A stretch of 64,000 nt of DNA from Giardia intestinalis (lineage: Eukaryota), in NCBI GenBank assembly GCA_000002435.2, contig CM018791.1. One strand, written 5' to 3'. Numbering within the stretch: the stretch's first letter is position 1; each line of letters starts with the position of its first letter. Shown here one piece after another: positions 43,801 to 49,659 of this stretch. The position numbers and the translations under genes were made by a program. The notes below the pieces were generated by a model, which saw only the letters and a program-made list of their open reading frames with translations, was not told the DNA's origin and did not search any database.

Positions 43801-46767
43801 ATCACTAAAAAGGAGCACTTGTTAAATGTCGTAACTAAGGTCTTCGGAGAGGTGTGCCTCACTAAGTCATCGCTCCAGTATCGCCTTACCTTAGGTCACA
43901 CTGCTCTCTTGGAATACATAAGCTGCGTTGTCCTCTGTCAGCTTCCTTCGCGGGCCCCAATATACGTTTCTGGAAATATTCTGCATAGTGCAATTGCAGA
44001 GGCCGTCTCTGGCTCACCCGGATATACAGTAATATCCATGAAAAATGAGAACAAGCTGGTGGATGACACAGAAGAATTTTATACATCGTTTGTCAATACA
44101 TTGCAGGAAACTCTATCCGCTCATACTCACAGTGTGATCTTCTTGAAGGTGGAGACAATCAATTGGAAAGCTCTGGATTTGCTAGGTGCTTTAACATATG
44201 ATTTGAAATTGGTAGCAGGATATGGCAATATAGCCAATACTGTCGATCATAACTTCAACAAGTACAGGTTTGCTTCTCCTCTCTCTAGCTACCACTTCTT
44301 TGTAACATGGGGCCCTGAGGTCACAGAAGTGTTTAGGAGCGTCTCTACGCGGTTGAGCCTCCCTAACTTATTTCTCTTCTCACAGGCATCTTTTGCCGGA
44401 GGCAATTTACAGAGCCTGAGTACGTGCATTCTAGACTCAAAGACAGCTACGCGAACTCACTCGCTTGCTAGCTCTATGGCTGTGCACCGAGAGAATTTAT
44501 CAGCTATCATAGTTTCGTTTCTCTCCCAGTCTTACTTCACTGACCTGGTTGCGTTGAGGCTGGAACAAGAGAGCTTAATAAAGCAATCTAAGCTGGGAAT
44601 GAAGCAATTTACAACTATGCATCTCGCTTCCGATGAGAACACCGTGCTAACTATGCTCCCAACTATACATCAGCAGATCACTACACAGACGCAGTACATA
44701 CTGTCCATAAACTCTATTGAAAAGAAGCTGCTCGCACTCATAAAGCAACGAGATGCGTGGACACGTGGCTCTGACTCGATTGTTTCTACAGCTACCCAGA
44801 CATTACTTGCATTTTCAAACTACTTGGCAAGATTGAGTGTTCGGTATCCGGCCCTGAGCGCATTCTGGACAACGCTTAGCCCAGAGAATCTTCAGAAGAT
44901 CATTGACTCAATGGATGGTGTCATGAGAGATACAGTGTTTGCTGGATCGTTCTATAGGTTCATACTGTATGCATTATTGCCTCTCCTTGCTCGAGCACTG
45001 CCAGTTCAACAATACTATATTACTGTTCTTGCACTGATAGTAATAGGAGAGCTATCAGCGCGTACTGCCATCCCCTCTACTATTACTACTTGGGAAGCAA
45101 TTTTCAAAGCAACTGAATCGGAATTAGACGAGCTTGTGACAAAGGAGCTTAATGCATTGCTGCCTCAGGCCAAAACACATGCCCTGCACTCTAACATAAT
45201 TACCTGCCTCAGTATCCTCGCAGAAGAAAACACTGTGTCTACACGGTTAATAGATAACATTTCCTCACTCACCTCTACTATTCGCCCACAGTGCAGTCCA
45301 TCACAATCTGATTATGATTTTCTCAATTCAGAGCAACCTCATTTTATCAAGGGCGGGAATCCTATCTTGTTTTTTACAGAAGACCCCATAGTTACTTGTA
45401 ACGCGCTGGCAGGAAAGCTACTACAGGCCAGACGACCTATCACCATTACGGCGGCGTCATCTATAGCTACACAATCTAGGATGAAGCTAAACGATCTGTC
45501 GTGGATCCATACTCTAGCAGCTCTTGAGGAGCCATTCTATAGCGATGAGTTTCCGCGAGCAACAATGTTTAAGACCAGCCATGACGCTTCCCAAGCATCT
45601 TCACTATCTGCAGTGACCATTGTCATCTGCCAATCAATTGAGTTGGTGGAAGTAGTGTTGCGCTCAGCTCGAGGAATACCTGGTAGACTTGTCATTGTCT
45701 TGTGGACAGGCTATATGGACACAAGTCCATTGAAAGAGTCTATGGCACTTATAAAGTTGTTGGCGGCGTATCCGACTGTGGCATGTGTGCATAGCCGCGG
45801 TCATCTAAGCAGCTCTGCTAAGAGTATGACGTATAGGCCTCCCCTGGCATCTCTTACACGATCTCATCTCTATGGACAGCAATCTTTGCAGCAGATGTAC
45901 AAGCATCCTCCTACGGCATGGCTTAACCTGGCCTTGGATATTATCTTCCCTGCACTGAGCCCGGAGCTTACTTTGCCAATGACCCCTTACGTATACTTGC
46001 GGCTAGAGCGGCTGTCTCTACTCAGCAGCGTCGTCACCGAGGAGTATTGTCCACCAAACACTATTATTGAGAGTATGTTGTTTCTAGGAAATGGAGTAGC
46101 AAGCAAGTTTTCACCAGCCACCATAATTCAGTACAGACAGGTAGATCTGACGACATTGCTGGACGGATCCCTCTTTCAGAAGCTTATCGCCTATATTCTT
46201 CGACCTCTCTGTCTTACGGATAGTGCACAGCGCATCATAACCCTGTACCTGTTCTGTCTTTGGCTCTTCATTAAGCATCTCAAAAAGGATGATCCGGAGA
46301 CTCTAGCAGCAAAGGTGGCCTCATTTTCTCTCGGCGAGGTATGTGATACGCACCTGAATGGCGTGATGTGGCCTAAGGATCAATTTCTGGCTATCATTCA
46401 ATCTTTTGGTGTTATTCTAACATCAAAACCAGTTGAGTGGACCAAACACAATGACTCACTGGTGTGGCATCATGCGAATACCATTTCTGGCCATGCACCG
46501 CTTATGGGTCGCTCTAGAGAGCTTCCTAAGCCAAGCTTTTGGTACCCCACAACACCAGTATCCACCCCTGCTTACCCAATAACCTACAAGGTCGCAGCTT
46601 CCCCTGGCGGTGGGTTCCACTGCTATGCTGTACCTTTTTCCAGACCTCTTCAGACCAATACGCCACCCGAGGACCCTGAAGCCACAGGGGATCGCACAAG
46701 CGAAACGCACCATGATTTACTTCTGCAACCTGCTCCGACCGGGGCCATATCCTTGCTCAGAAGCTAA
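25846..46767 (+). CDS. Giant hypothetical protein, 6973 aa, a single 20.9-kb exon
   Basis: ATG at 25846 and TAA at 46765-46767, with one uninterrupted frame. Every antisense or alternate-frame ORF inside it is 132 aa or shorter. No P-loop is present, so dynein heavy chain and midasin are excluded. It carries a Cys/His cluster at 43654..43728 and an in-frame hexanucleotide microsatellite at 27217..27246. Confidence 0.8.
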   Translation: MASLLVPKAFSHLTKGQDGTSTFKRVSSPIRSKSISSYLAANTRYLKVAPASLPKKLDLDSFINQEKVRTSNVRDLETMAELMNLAPSATVDPKEVRANFVLEQILEQNLEVCSGKGYMKPGITEHADQWHEVDIVGVSNDAFRVLFPQLEMFRQAKIHNIIIEGLQVKQTPLTLDTDMEGTVESSGISLDCLTGDDLMELFKLSFRSEDKTFFRSPTGVYHIRNDKAVSAFLESRKRDREAVLAASRTAVESQHFPEHTYPSTLDLSGTDETMDMQLKDLEVTATRATGVNPEDTSDLSVFTITSNPRDELQRSKPHEFQFRQFLKEDTPLISLPTGEPHSYKSNLRGYLEASETEISSSQLQNRQYGATKGYHASVLLSSTANQTNITSALVPATSDRKKDQIPADDSSRLVSESFDILSTLDILERRDKEAVAIASPPKLAHTECAPIINTTNSAYAYAHAHAHESSEKVAFQYIDRNNQVIVRDINEQFLQKFSRIHIYQRMKESFEAALKRLNQLVEEKSTANRPYLDFLSTAYIGHTLFYNLKTRLSEDYCIDCVAEIEERRLRVKNRERDYNLFISTLQAIKDKSEQLQDIRSKSVCGFTTVVTAPPLPILPSIYKEDQKEDKSVAKRATFCAASALEDEASEEYVLTLMQLRQRRERVYDHFENMIAGHKQVRSAAVELCLSAINTSRVKLESLVNPALKRTAQFDGFDALDNLYKSYIDHALRTDFATEIIEQADRDPSHELYWCARQLLRLKHSSYKNYQKYKYPSFCPHRREAFENARTALMENKIFWGASEYKRVFSDLMSTVQEHLQYLILTPELLTHLQDTFIPKISDYLFANMVFQTDIDKDTKALLSRPSTGRVNLQNALQTLPGGASPDKISYASESSVRADNGHQKRPREDPEDRDVNVQATNQTLNPVLKRPVNQELTSGADLPILNAAYKPKNAYEWIQRRYWQIQSNREQDIFRRKEELARRDAEEAAKTASALMTKDFSYKPGGRTQAEEIYEKIFKFPAPGETNFMEKLSVYLANCFILLYEVLFPFIQESLMLNFSDLAFEQMTRKVKAYCNLTGISRDSLAADIAFEFQCQALEENRLLLRKVQKKFEILLFKLLYTYVMEDIYPQWSVFILLLFHGADRDMRYIAQSKALTSFSHVLNTSRFNDEYMGILKKAHDLNITMGYAKLYTDVEKLDSLSMSSLGGFVAPNCTADFTQNSPLAIQLNRTLADAMMKNISLISDINRTNGKAPQAMVLDARGANAHSTICSTHPTAVVQDVPETTTGDAYLFTSADVLTISVQRIQNITEMHDFIYSQPTQWYFSERIITDIRYLNKEEEVQFSLAESRMKEIISLFANTECVLSAVRNQRGLLTNLLFTPSPNDIFSSLPMFVYDLVDFYSSCPVFADNLFPEPGSSSKDPATRPFGAKYNIPTTTDNMNNFTFEAIARLGNDEPLQRVIHEVITTDNSLPIRSGSDLMVTLGNNSSLLAGISRRSMKKTNAKKDILRRTLLRSTSHQVSSRAAVRASGRSINFGYSSQESPGESRRRARSKLTQYRTRNASPPTVPIRTSQVVPEGDVPFMDMTGKSDLTTVANISFNIKTRNTTYSQQVASFFDTHGRIGTYMEARKCNRLHYEPPTILYRLANLTKHAALNLKNYLDMVLAFLMRYAKESLKFAERLLNAQELVPSFIIERNWQVQSLLNKTQTRIKEYYKAARMSLHATFKDRHCEEKTKASGKEALQEQRLLSEHAHDHGAPSLPPRRPSCGDSTTEPNSIFGDTFIDRELPFVYEAELLSQFLRSDVLLTAFTADYVTGSAPPEILLSQIMSLTNKSSYVSRALLAAYHLYDGFWCLTVMPTECFFGTLKLDLKQVLVRLRHIYENIFLLAASRIDDYIYLASRVAQTCVQAMQLSFGSAKFSTLEEIGMSFSLFRTFMHNIPVWGEYLSTMQGVENHLSEVAYGTKISSVYANLLRYRIQVSRMLFANQGLLPKIGSSLHTVHHIARGVISQIESWVYSASESIFPRIVEMLSLTAHDKLNCNRNVSDFRRRFANSICRNLSLPFGIDSTQACTGASFQQLLYASIWAQSGLPFLSKKSIQDSRLILQQNKIDYRTTSSFQFFERPQTIHPIHISTVFLEMEDLIKRLIELLQITNKSNCEILGFYNSPDYKDLSPAELFTWLEKNGEFARVDKIDYVLFGDSNDMTKIGIKVESDTSEEKLAEIRKAKLAYYSRLLTRGEPLPIKPENIKLIISESPYLPDVTIETRLRSLLPLVSLTCKLILLSDDLSTQIEDWFSQSINAISIQDIKIAIIHAIDVALSFLASVGDEIAISSIARMIFETLSKYRQQFIVLFIIKAALDNTQVGFGYDVTAYDTFQPYNKGDISFDEYLGIDSREPLTISLYVKDLLSKAQYQLTDDVIARKAVDTFIEYANKLHFAMNTYCIKTRIDKLIQLQHHEIALSVLSTHESILLDSFLLPVFCDSRSDFSLLAEPDFLSTEFSKTPDASSCLLPPMRPVVHISKVNGRSGIGKFITTVNCAGYYSYKSIVAKSLMHDLHLPPLRILKMTPAIRSLRKLRYLMVGGSERMLMQSMHHYQADLLTSFTSYHTDSLFDLEWLSSSSIISYYNTTTGTLFSKPISCYNVCKPEIDEYLADLARGPIAACLHNALEQKSDTAAQIEWASVVEALGFALADLRSMDSSSRVEHVLQNRLEAFWNNLADVVSCSSFYRDAYEHSSAARYVFQVSTPDTFDDLYTTDNTICLHSRNLRDLLRIRKLHQGAKLRPKQLAVPNAGNLSPFISGYIFPYSNPFITRLKHFQFTVMRGLYEQQLWMEPAVSHLYNINVIVQLILLQSCAFRELSALNLCLSINHSASASFESESSLAIRIAPEGLKKSACNIFCYKPFIEFPSPPETFGQVVSDLIMALKYASVSRFNANLSFNQLALRKTSRQGLWTLCSDIFNTQTAAIKTNAHVCSSQLLNPLRTHLSGYRLLFSAIVEATLYESYYSPVCRPKLALKVPELTSKHQDPLPFILIPLPQRIIDAISTVLACCGYTGYEFVAFKLLYPTGVYVYYIDGILQRSRYAQRWTKTYSIPQSSSDQLLFTKDTVSYSLLIDPVQRVLTEREALEYIPLATPLCFQYLHLLFTTTTIAFINHCLSLSFGLYTTQFANLLQTELLCSAPDSPYRNELSYFVRGLPLRITIHAIRKLMLNIQEGAIYQHKDSLETLDNLGNLVGSLRQLVIDHRKYKVLTFDKSYTDLILERAMHRLSRLHDLRAEPLTIYTGDPLKLGELYAARTSDSSYHPAMHSADVDSLCALSSSDEDDDALDPGVDAEEALTNLRNKLDHRLEHTAHSQMRYNADLCRADRQLSGSVDQTCATSTSPGAGDTVSRAMTVDRFLTIGQITSLFGFSNSMLEASILLPCFSDARSQHILDVLDEMDTLLSTVRGCVNRNPDTGDISIEQTISVCPDFMNTYSSLITCPTKEIEKYEDSLGQHLRTISAQSSPKVDQSMYTFCQSEIEAISSFHNEVYSEGGLIGRLGSAPLEVDAPYFAPSFRGLTSFVKATELLLLEHFAILVTPTTTGYSDPRVLNFLNVKLPLHMAYSVIFVSVASRFFSASEVLKLLATPVLVVIRDLTSEPVKNNLPASLQELASLFATISTVKAPGRLIIWDPSLIAAASEPVVYELSPVLRSALGAAQIPISSHYIVMASDLFEWCMPPPIVSLPQPIVCLAKLLSGYISMPKVSLDTIGSFISRISSCTSGADTEPRASYRMAVGLLSLQCHTNHRLMTLLEAISSVIGKSELGLGFTGKNALEALRTFLGIEFWGTKVLLAVAPRLPAFVYLLSPNPCSNAVHKLASISIIGPVIDNTSTRDLELTGPHINCSAPILLEVLTSVCLPCIHCPRWVEMFYEQFYATDCRGLVPLNTKGWGILASLAYSILNRVDNLIHGLYLGITDFKLDFSSTSCLSIIEKVSAQPVLTHGFDLMTDTYTTELLILSLVRILTDFQLSSNTLSLKALLNKSGTGHGTALNTKEEIFKIYNGLDTVSIISAIHVIRNLSELHTLYSGEVILDSHCIYILVIPEQHIPVTSDRYYHIMRILSAKRESTTKLIVLTNCRSIYGRYVELGITTESPLAQELDGPCLHGMLSHAHLLYEFASNLSYSNIVESYNASTGAFAELEAANVSATMFEETLSNFVFTLEQRIFVVNLAECLKILFVPILYIPLEAYKLTPTLSTQTLSGILTIYLYLLQLYSVLTARPKLGALRACIYPHYSFECNMDFLMIITLITDRFSTALAYIIAILFSFATTAVKLFLLCSTDHVFNRELLLSKLNNDPATALAKHHSKCLCDMIQLVLLEKKGKTQYECAMNKISSEFNQPLFECTQILNHYFKGIIDLLNLPGDSHVYRTPYLYLLPQFPDLSASIEATCSSYESILAVRTIVGSYKHSKPEALDPLRHVTFELTPLPYPSDFLADITDAQVPTGDHEADLLVYRAVIYQHKGISREDYKGFSLAYCLAASAYFCRPFCLAASLFGVQNTVVLKYAYPLIKQDCSTMVHTEYVSPSSVTSSSSLDILSLRSYYRVTKLYLRDESDIRVFLSRHHTWFCLTEDSSERLAIAFVRTIIIIEVECPEVLASGFLSSFAYHQLIQMPDSLGHVMTYKMVNVCPIINICLAIGQTKTNVNALNLLSHLYCPHAIADCYSSPEGDTGTAALFTPTQQVLLYVLQTEIGALLDPAAVVHLCKRLACLSIPYTSLLPILWAFSQLYSLYLYSNVLTSQGTRSINSPETSTRTTEAVDSLLDFVYFQQFGLQIASSSNWSNPQQLIETMVTNLIPALSSISVESSSILASSLSSEPSICPVFSKNYLLQILSIHINAVHMRNLFNRIMFHYAGTVDRRDKVLMRMRQATSSSSNDNLLAPSTRNNLLPSFSLDSIDTSFRSPLIILDKLLKDAFHRRLPSTKLEKLFTLPYVSGIRTPISVVISSYLSYDEFVFTVSRLTCSEVKVPMSSKRTSISSVVVDLGGICGAYPSADIGANQTLGQLSSRERILMGIRAAVGSILRLSPSIYMPTNARKDRTDTYLLRASVSYYDEQRESCMATAPDNIKKDAGRYLFGTSAAADEYSASMFELSIPFPVGRFISIPSPSSTICSNIHDVQASLYTFATYAGFQPAMLPEYNRVIIIAPISLLLGTSTLDVLSSLGEMSSSESLWQPSELSDVLSDFTTNTSVSMPTLPLLNSIIATRLSIFIFDDLNIMDSKAVLSPELQRLRALATILNLQDYSHILPTNLQVFTEAFNLDYFYTEETFGEELNDTDSNEAASPVLGNDIHLLTTPSKEKPVSFLPGDLLTFTEIATNSTNPYIITMRLRCSYLLKYMWRLFSSEYTLPQNILLAVFGSAGNGYALSNKSIPSTAITVKSQLESVQKSRVLLSGNSTRLQSGLSNFSSARDLSNEDFGSAQLDTELRQLSKRTLLYCNLIYRILATGAIKENPVVTSKQTTLLSDKFIRGAKEPVPLATDPDSAQESSYHHSESQFDSPRHLSLEKGLDSDTTSDSATSTLIKVILELLPQATAEFSVLKHYVSIELMTSLANALSNSIVLYYSKEHLSIQDSAVTLANLQHHIGTLQSAAASHAKCVEEVDSLIQTQEESISTLLKQEVEYQTTVNMLLSEKEALGLTLDTQLEDLFLKVEPCRIKIEEAISFLYRLFHVSLEASPDLLLSDISVELLVSLFGVSRTFLQASTLSIDTALSIKLTELDISHILNTPLSPAALTLLEEEPSPKSALSDCLCRLGSAIVEYKALLMPHTMLTNNSAYANYHKLAILLALKRVDEELVKAQLQIAGVNLENYRKERANLETQKKLLLETDDIRVPQEDILALISRRTDDELHCRRMLHLAALYGSLISACTLFGFHHLGLFTAMLDASFGKTKDAQLCVGCQLVDHGAACHACHNCRCFCRCTRTYQPTGAYVTNAAQTLPLLCTDITKKEHLLNVVTKVFGEVCLTKSSLQYRLTLGHTALLEYISCVVLCQLPSRAPIYVSGNILHSAIAEAVSGSPGYTVISMKNENKLVDDTEEFYTSFVNTLQETLSAHTHSVIFLKVETINWKALDLLGALTYDLKLVAGYGNIANTVDHNFNKYRFASPLSSYHFFVTWGPEVTEVFRSVSTRLSLPNLFLFSQASFAGGNLQSLSTCILDSKTATRTHSLASSMAVHRENLSAIIVSFLSQSYFTDLVALRLEQESLIKQSKLGMKQFTTMHLASDENTVLTMLPTIHQQITTQTQYILSINSIEKKLLALIKQRDAWTRGSDSIVSTATQTLLAFSNYLARLSVRYPALSAFWTTLSPENLQKIIDSMDGVMRDTVFAGSFYRFILYALLPLLARALPVQQYYITVLALIVIGELSARTAIPSTITTWEAIFKATESELDELVTKELNALLPQAKTHALHSNIITCLSILAEENTVSTRLIDNISSLTSTIRPQCSPSQSDYDFLNSEQPHFIKGGNPILFFTEDPIVTCNALAGKLLQARRPITITAASSIATQSRMKLNDLSWIHTLAALEEPFYSDEFPRATMFKTSHDASQASSLSAVTIVICQSIELVEVVLRSARGIPGRLVIVLWTGYMDTSPLKESMALIKLLAAYPTVACVHSRGHLSSSAKSMTYRPPLASLTRSHLYGQQSLQQMYKHPPTAWLNLALDIIFPALSPELTLPMTPYVYLRLERLSLLSSVVTEEYCPPNTIIESMLFLGNGVASKFSPATIIQYRQVDLTTLLDGSLFQKLIAYILRPLCLTDSAQRIITLYLFCLWLFIKHLKKDDPETLAAKVASFSLGEVCDTHLNGVMWPKDQFLAIIQSFGVILTSKPVEWTKHNDSLVWHHANTISGHAPLMGRSRELPKPSFWYPTTPVSTPAYPITYKVAASPGGGFHCYAVPFSRPLQTNTPPEDPEATGDRTSETHHDLLLQPAPTGAISLLRS
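27217..27246 (+). repeat. Imperfect hexanucleotide microsatellite (gcatac)2(gcacac)3 inside the giant CDS
   Basis: Direct reading gives gcatacgcatacgcacacgcacacgcacac. It is in frame and encodes AYAYAHAHAH. Confidence 0.9.
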
Positions 46768-48015
46768 GTCATTAAGGGACCTATCGCTTTGAGTGTCCTC
46801 CCGTTGAATCTTAAGAATGTTTTCAAGATTTGGATCACTGTGGGAGTCCTCAATAGCCTCGGCCACATCTGCGTTTGTATCTTCAACCTTCGCCCCAGAG
46901 TCGCTTTTCTTTATGAGCCTTCCGTCTTCTTCTAATTCAAAGTTGAGAGCTTCGGCATATTTTCGCTGCTCGTCAAAATTCCACTTGTATCCGTTGACCT
47001 GGATGTCGCGCTCGCATAGTAGGAAGTATGTCGCAGTCATCTGGTTGTGTCTATTGTTATTCAAAGATCGTATGATTTTTGTCGCGCTCCAATCGGAAAT
47101 CTTTGTGACCATTGTGTAAATAATTCTAAAGTCTACCACTTTGCTCATCTTCAGCTCAGGGTTGGGCTCCTCAGGTCCTGTGTAACACTGGATATACCAC
47201 GGGTGCTTTGTGATCTCATCAAGCGTGATCCTCTTATCTGGATCTACGACCAAGATCTTCGAAATGAGGTCCGCGGCCTCTGGAGACACGTGATCAGGGA
47301 TATGAAAGACCCCGGAGATGATCTTTTTGTAGAGAGTCTCTGTGTTGTCGTGGTCGAAGGGAAGGTGCCCACAAATCATGGCAAATAGAATGATGCCAAT
47401 GGCCCAGACGTCGATACTCGGGCCGTGATATTTCTTTCCACTCAACATCTCTGGGGACGCGTAAGATGGAGAGCCACAAGCTGTTTTGAATTTCGCTTCG
47501 TCAGACATAAGGATGTTGGACAGACCGAAGTCGATCAGCTTGATGTTGTATGAAGAATCAAGGAGCACGTTTTCTAGTTTCATGTCCCTGTGGCACACCT
47601 TCCTAGAGTGGCAATAGGAAAGTGCAGAAACAATCTGATGGAAGTACTTGCAAGCCTCTTCCTCGGAGAGCTTTTGCTTTTGGACCACATAATTAAAGAG
47701 CTCTCCGTTGTCAACATATTCTGTCACCAGATAGATGTGACGAGGGGTATCGATGACTTCTAAAAGACGAACAATGTTCGAGTGATCTAGGAGCTTAAGG
47801 ACTTGGATCTCTCTCACAATGCGTTTGAAGTCATCTTCGCACTGAATTCGGCTTTTATCTAGCACTTTCAAAGCGACCCGTTCACCTGTAATTAGGTGTG
47901 TGGCGAGCCTTACGTCTCCAAAGGTTCCTACCCCGAGACTCTTTCCAGTGATGTAGTTAGACACGCGCTTCACGCGGACACGTACAGTAGAGGAGCCGGT
48001 CGTTGTTGATGACAT
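46717..48015 (-). CDS. CAMK-group Ser/Thr protein kinase, AMPK/SNF1-related, 432 aa
   Basis: ATG at 48015. Motifs GVGTFGDVRLA, VALKVLDK, HRDMKLENVLLD, DFGLSN and GSPSYASPE. The segment KYHGPSIDVWAIGIILFAMICGHLPFD..LYKKIISGVFHIP closely parallels the AMPK alpha / SNF1 catalytic domain. A C-terminal regulatory tail follows. Stop is TAA at 46717-46719. Confidence 0.9.
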   Translation of the reverse strand: MSSTTTGSSTVRVRVKRVSNYITGKSLGVGTFGDVRLATHLITGERVALKVLDKSRIQCEDDFKRIVREIQVLKLLDHSNIVRLLEVIDTPRHIYLVTEYVDNGELFNYVVQKQKLSEEEACKYFHQIVSALSYCHSRKVCHRDMKLENVLLDSSYNIKLIDFGLSNILMSDEAKFKTACGSPSYASPEMLSGKKYHGPSIDVWAIGIILFAMICGHLPFDHDNTETLYKKIISGVFHIPDHVSPEAADLISKILVVDPDKRITLDEITKHPWYIQCYTGPEEPNPELKMSKVVDFRIIYTMVTKISDWSATKIIRSLNNNRHNQMTATYFLLCERDIQVNGYKWNFDEQRKYAEALNFELEEDGRLIKKSDSGAKVEDTNADVAEAIEDSHSDPNLENILKIQREDTQSDRSLNDLASEQGYGPGRSRLQK

Positions 48016-48390
48016 ACGGACAAGCCAATTCTATCGATTTTTCTACCTTATTTTTTGTTTTGTAGTGCAGCTTTTAATGGTGGATATTTTTTTGAAACCT
48101 GCCACCACTATCTTGCTCAAGGACGACAGCGCCTCCATAAGCAGGACTCGGACCTGAATACCCTCTACTTAAGACTCGGCATATACTTTGTTTCTCTCTT
48201 TACCTTGTTCCCAAGAGGTCCAGTTCCTATGCGAGCTATGAGGCATCTAGAACGTGACCTTCTTCTTAGCAACTTACAGGTTATACCAATATATTGTTAC
48301 TGCAATTCCAAATTTTACAGATTTGAACATTCACCCCATTCGGCAAGCAAACAACACTCACAAACAAGGTTTTACTTCTTACTCAGCTGA

Positions 48391-49617
48391 CTACATCCTA
48401 TAGAAGCTTTCAGCAAAGATGCGTTGGAGGTCGGAACGCGACGTCGGAACAGGAGTTATTGAGAGAGTGGCCTTGGCTCCGTAGTATGCAAGAGTAGCGT
48501 CTGTGAGAGTGTCAACGTCTTCGAGATTAAAGCCTTCATCTGTTAACGTCCCCGAAAAGCCGACCTTGTTGTGGAAGGCACGCATGCGCCTGAAGGCCTG
48601 CTCTGCTTCGTCGGGTGTTCCTTTGAGGTTCCCCAGGATCGGCCTAAAGAGGTCGTTCAGGTAGCCACAGACCTTCGGCCAGATGTGCTTGAGGACCGCC
48701 GGCTGGAGGAGTGCCAGACCTCGACCGTGTGCAAGCCTTGGCCTGTACGCAGACAGGGTGTGCTCCATAAGGTGCGTCAGGTGGCAGCCGCTTTCGTCTA
48801 TGGCCATACCAGCAATTGCAGCAGCATAGCTGAGCCAATAGCGGGCGCGAAGATTGTCTGGTTCTGCTAACGCTATAGGTAAGTAGCGAACGATAAGGTA
48901 AACGGCTTCTCGTGTCAAAGTGCATACATAGGGGGTCATTATCGTGGTTGTGGATGCCTCCATCACGTGGTTGAGGGCGTCAATCGTTGTGAAGCGCACC
49001 ATGTCAGGGCTAAGACTAAAGAGGCCATTAATATCGTCTATTGAGTAATCGGGATAGAGGAACTCAAAGCCGATCCCTGACTTGATCGGATAAAGCTCTC
49101 CCGTGAGGATGGACGCCACGGAGTAACGGTCACACTCCGTCCCAGTTCCGTGAGTTAGGTTGACCAGAACAAGCTTGGAGCGGCACTTAGGCTCGAACTC
49201 ACCCTTATAAAGCTCTCGAGCTTTGTTATTAGAGTACTCAAGAAGAATAGACACCGCCTTCGCAGAATCGCATGGGGATCCGCCCCCAATTCCGCACACA
49301 AGAAAGCCCGGGCCATACTTCGCTCGAAAGAGGTCTACAGCCTCGTCAATTTGCTCCACGGTTGGGTTGGTGCTGATACCGTTGTAGTGCAGGTACTCTA
49401 TCCCACGCTCAGCAAGAGCTTTAGTGATAGTGTCCCAAAGGCCACACTTCTGGTACGCTGTCGGAGAGCTAACAAAGCCAACACAGGACGGTTTCAGGTC
49501 ATCAAGGATTTCTCCAAACTTGACAATGGCCCCAAATCCAAAGAACAGGCCGCGGTTGGTGCCATGGGCTATGCGCACGACTCTTGTGATGTCGGATGAC
49601 TCATAATAGTCGGTCAT
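48391..49617 (-). CDS. Iron-containing (group III) alcohol dehydrogenase, 408 aa
   Basis: ATG at 49617. The hallmark GGGSPCDSAKAV (GGGSxxD) NAD(P)-binding motif is present. Metal-ligand positions are conserved (D in TIDALNH, H in NHVMEA, H in CHLTHLMEH). The ~400-aa length fits the family. It is bacterial-type Fe-ADH. Confidence 0.92.
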   Translation of the reverse strand: MTDYYESSDITRVVRIAHGTNRGLFFGFGAIVKFGEILDDLKPSCVGFVSSPTAYQKCGLWDTITKALAERGIEYLHYNGISTNPTVEQIDEAVDLFRAKYGPGFLVCGIGGGSPCDSAKAVSILLEYSNNKARELYKGEFEPKCRSKLVLVNLTHGTGTECDRYSVASILTGELYPIKSGIGFEFLYPDYSIDDINGLFSLSPDMVRFTTIDALNHVMEASTTTIMTPYVCTLTREAVYLIVRYLPIALAEPDNLRARYWLSYAAAIAGMAIDESGCHLTHLMEHTLSAYRPRLAHGRGLALLQPAVLKHIWPKVCGYLNDLFRPILGNLKGTPDEAEQAFRRMRAFHNKVGFSGTLTDEGFNLEDVDTLTDATLAYYGAKATLSITPVPTSRSDLQRIFAESFYRM

Positions 49618-49630
49618 GGTTATATTTCTA

Positions 49631-49659
49631 TAATTTCAAATAAGTTTAATTTCAAATAA
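49631..49659. repeat. 13-bp direct repeat taatttcaaataa x2, separated by 3 bp, in the AT-rich 93-bp spacer
   Basis: Copies at 49631-49643 and 49647-49659. They lie between the Fe-ADH start (49617) and the stop of the 1920-aa coiled-coil gene (49711). Confidence 0.85.
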
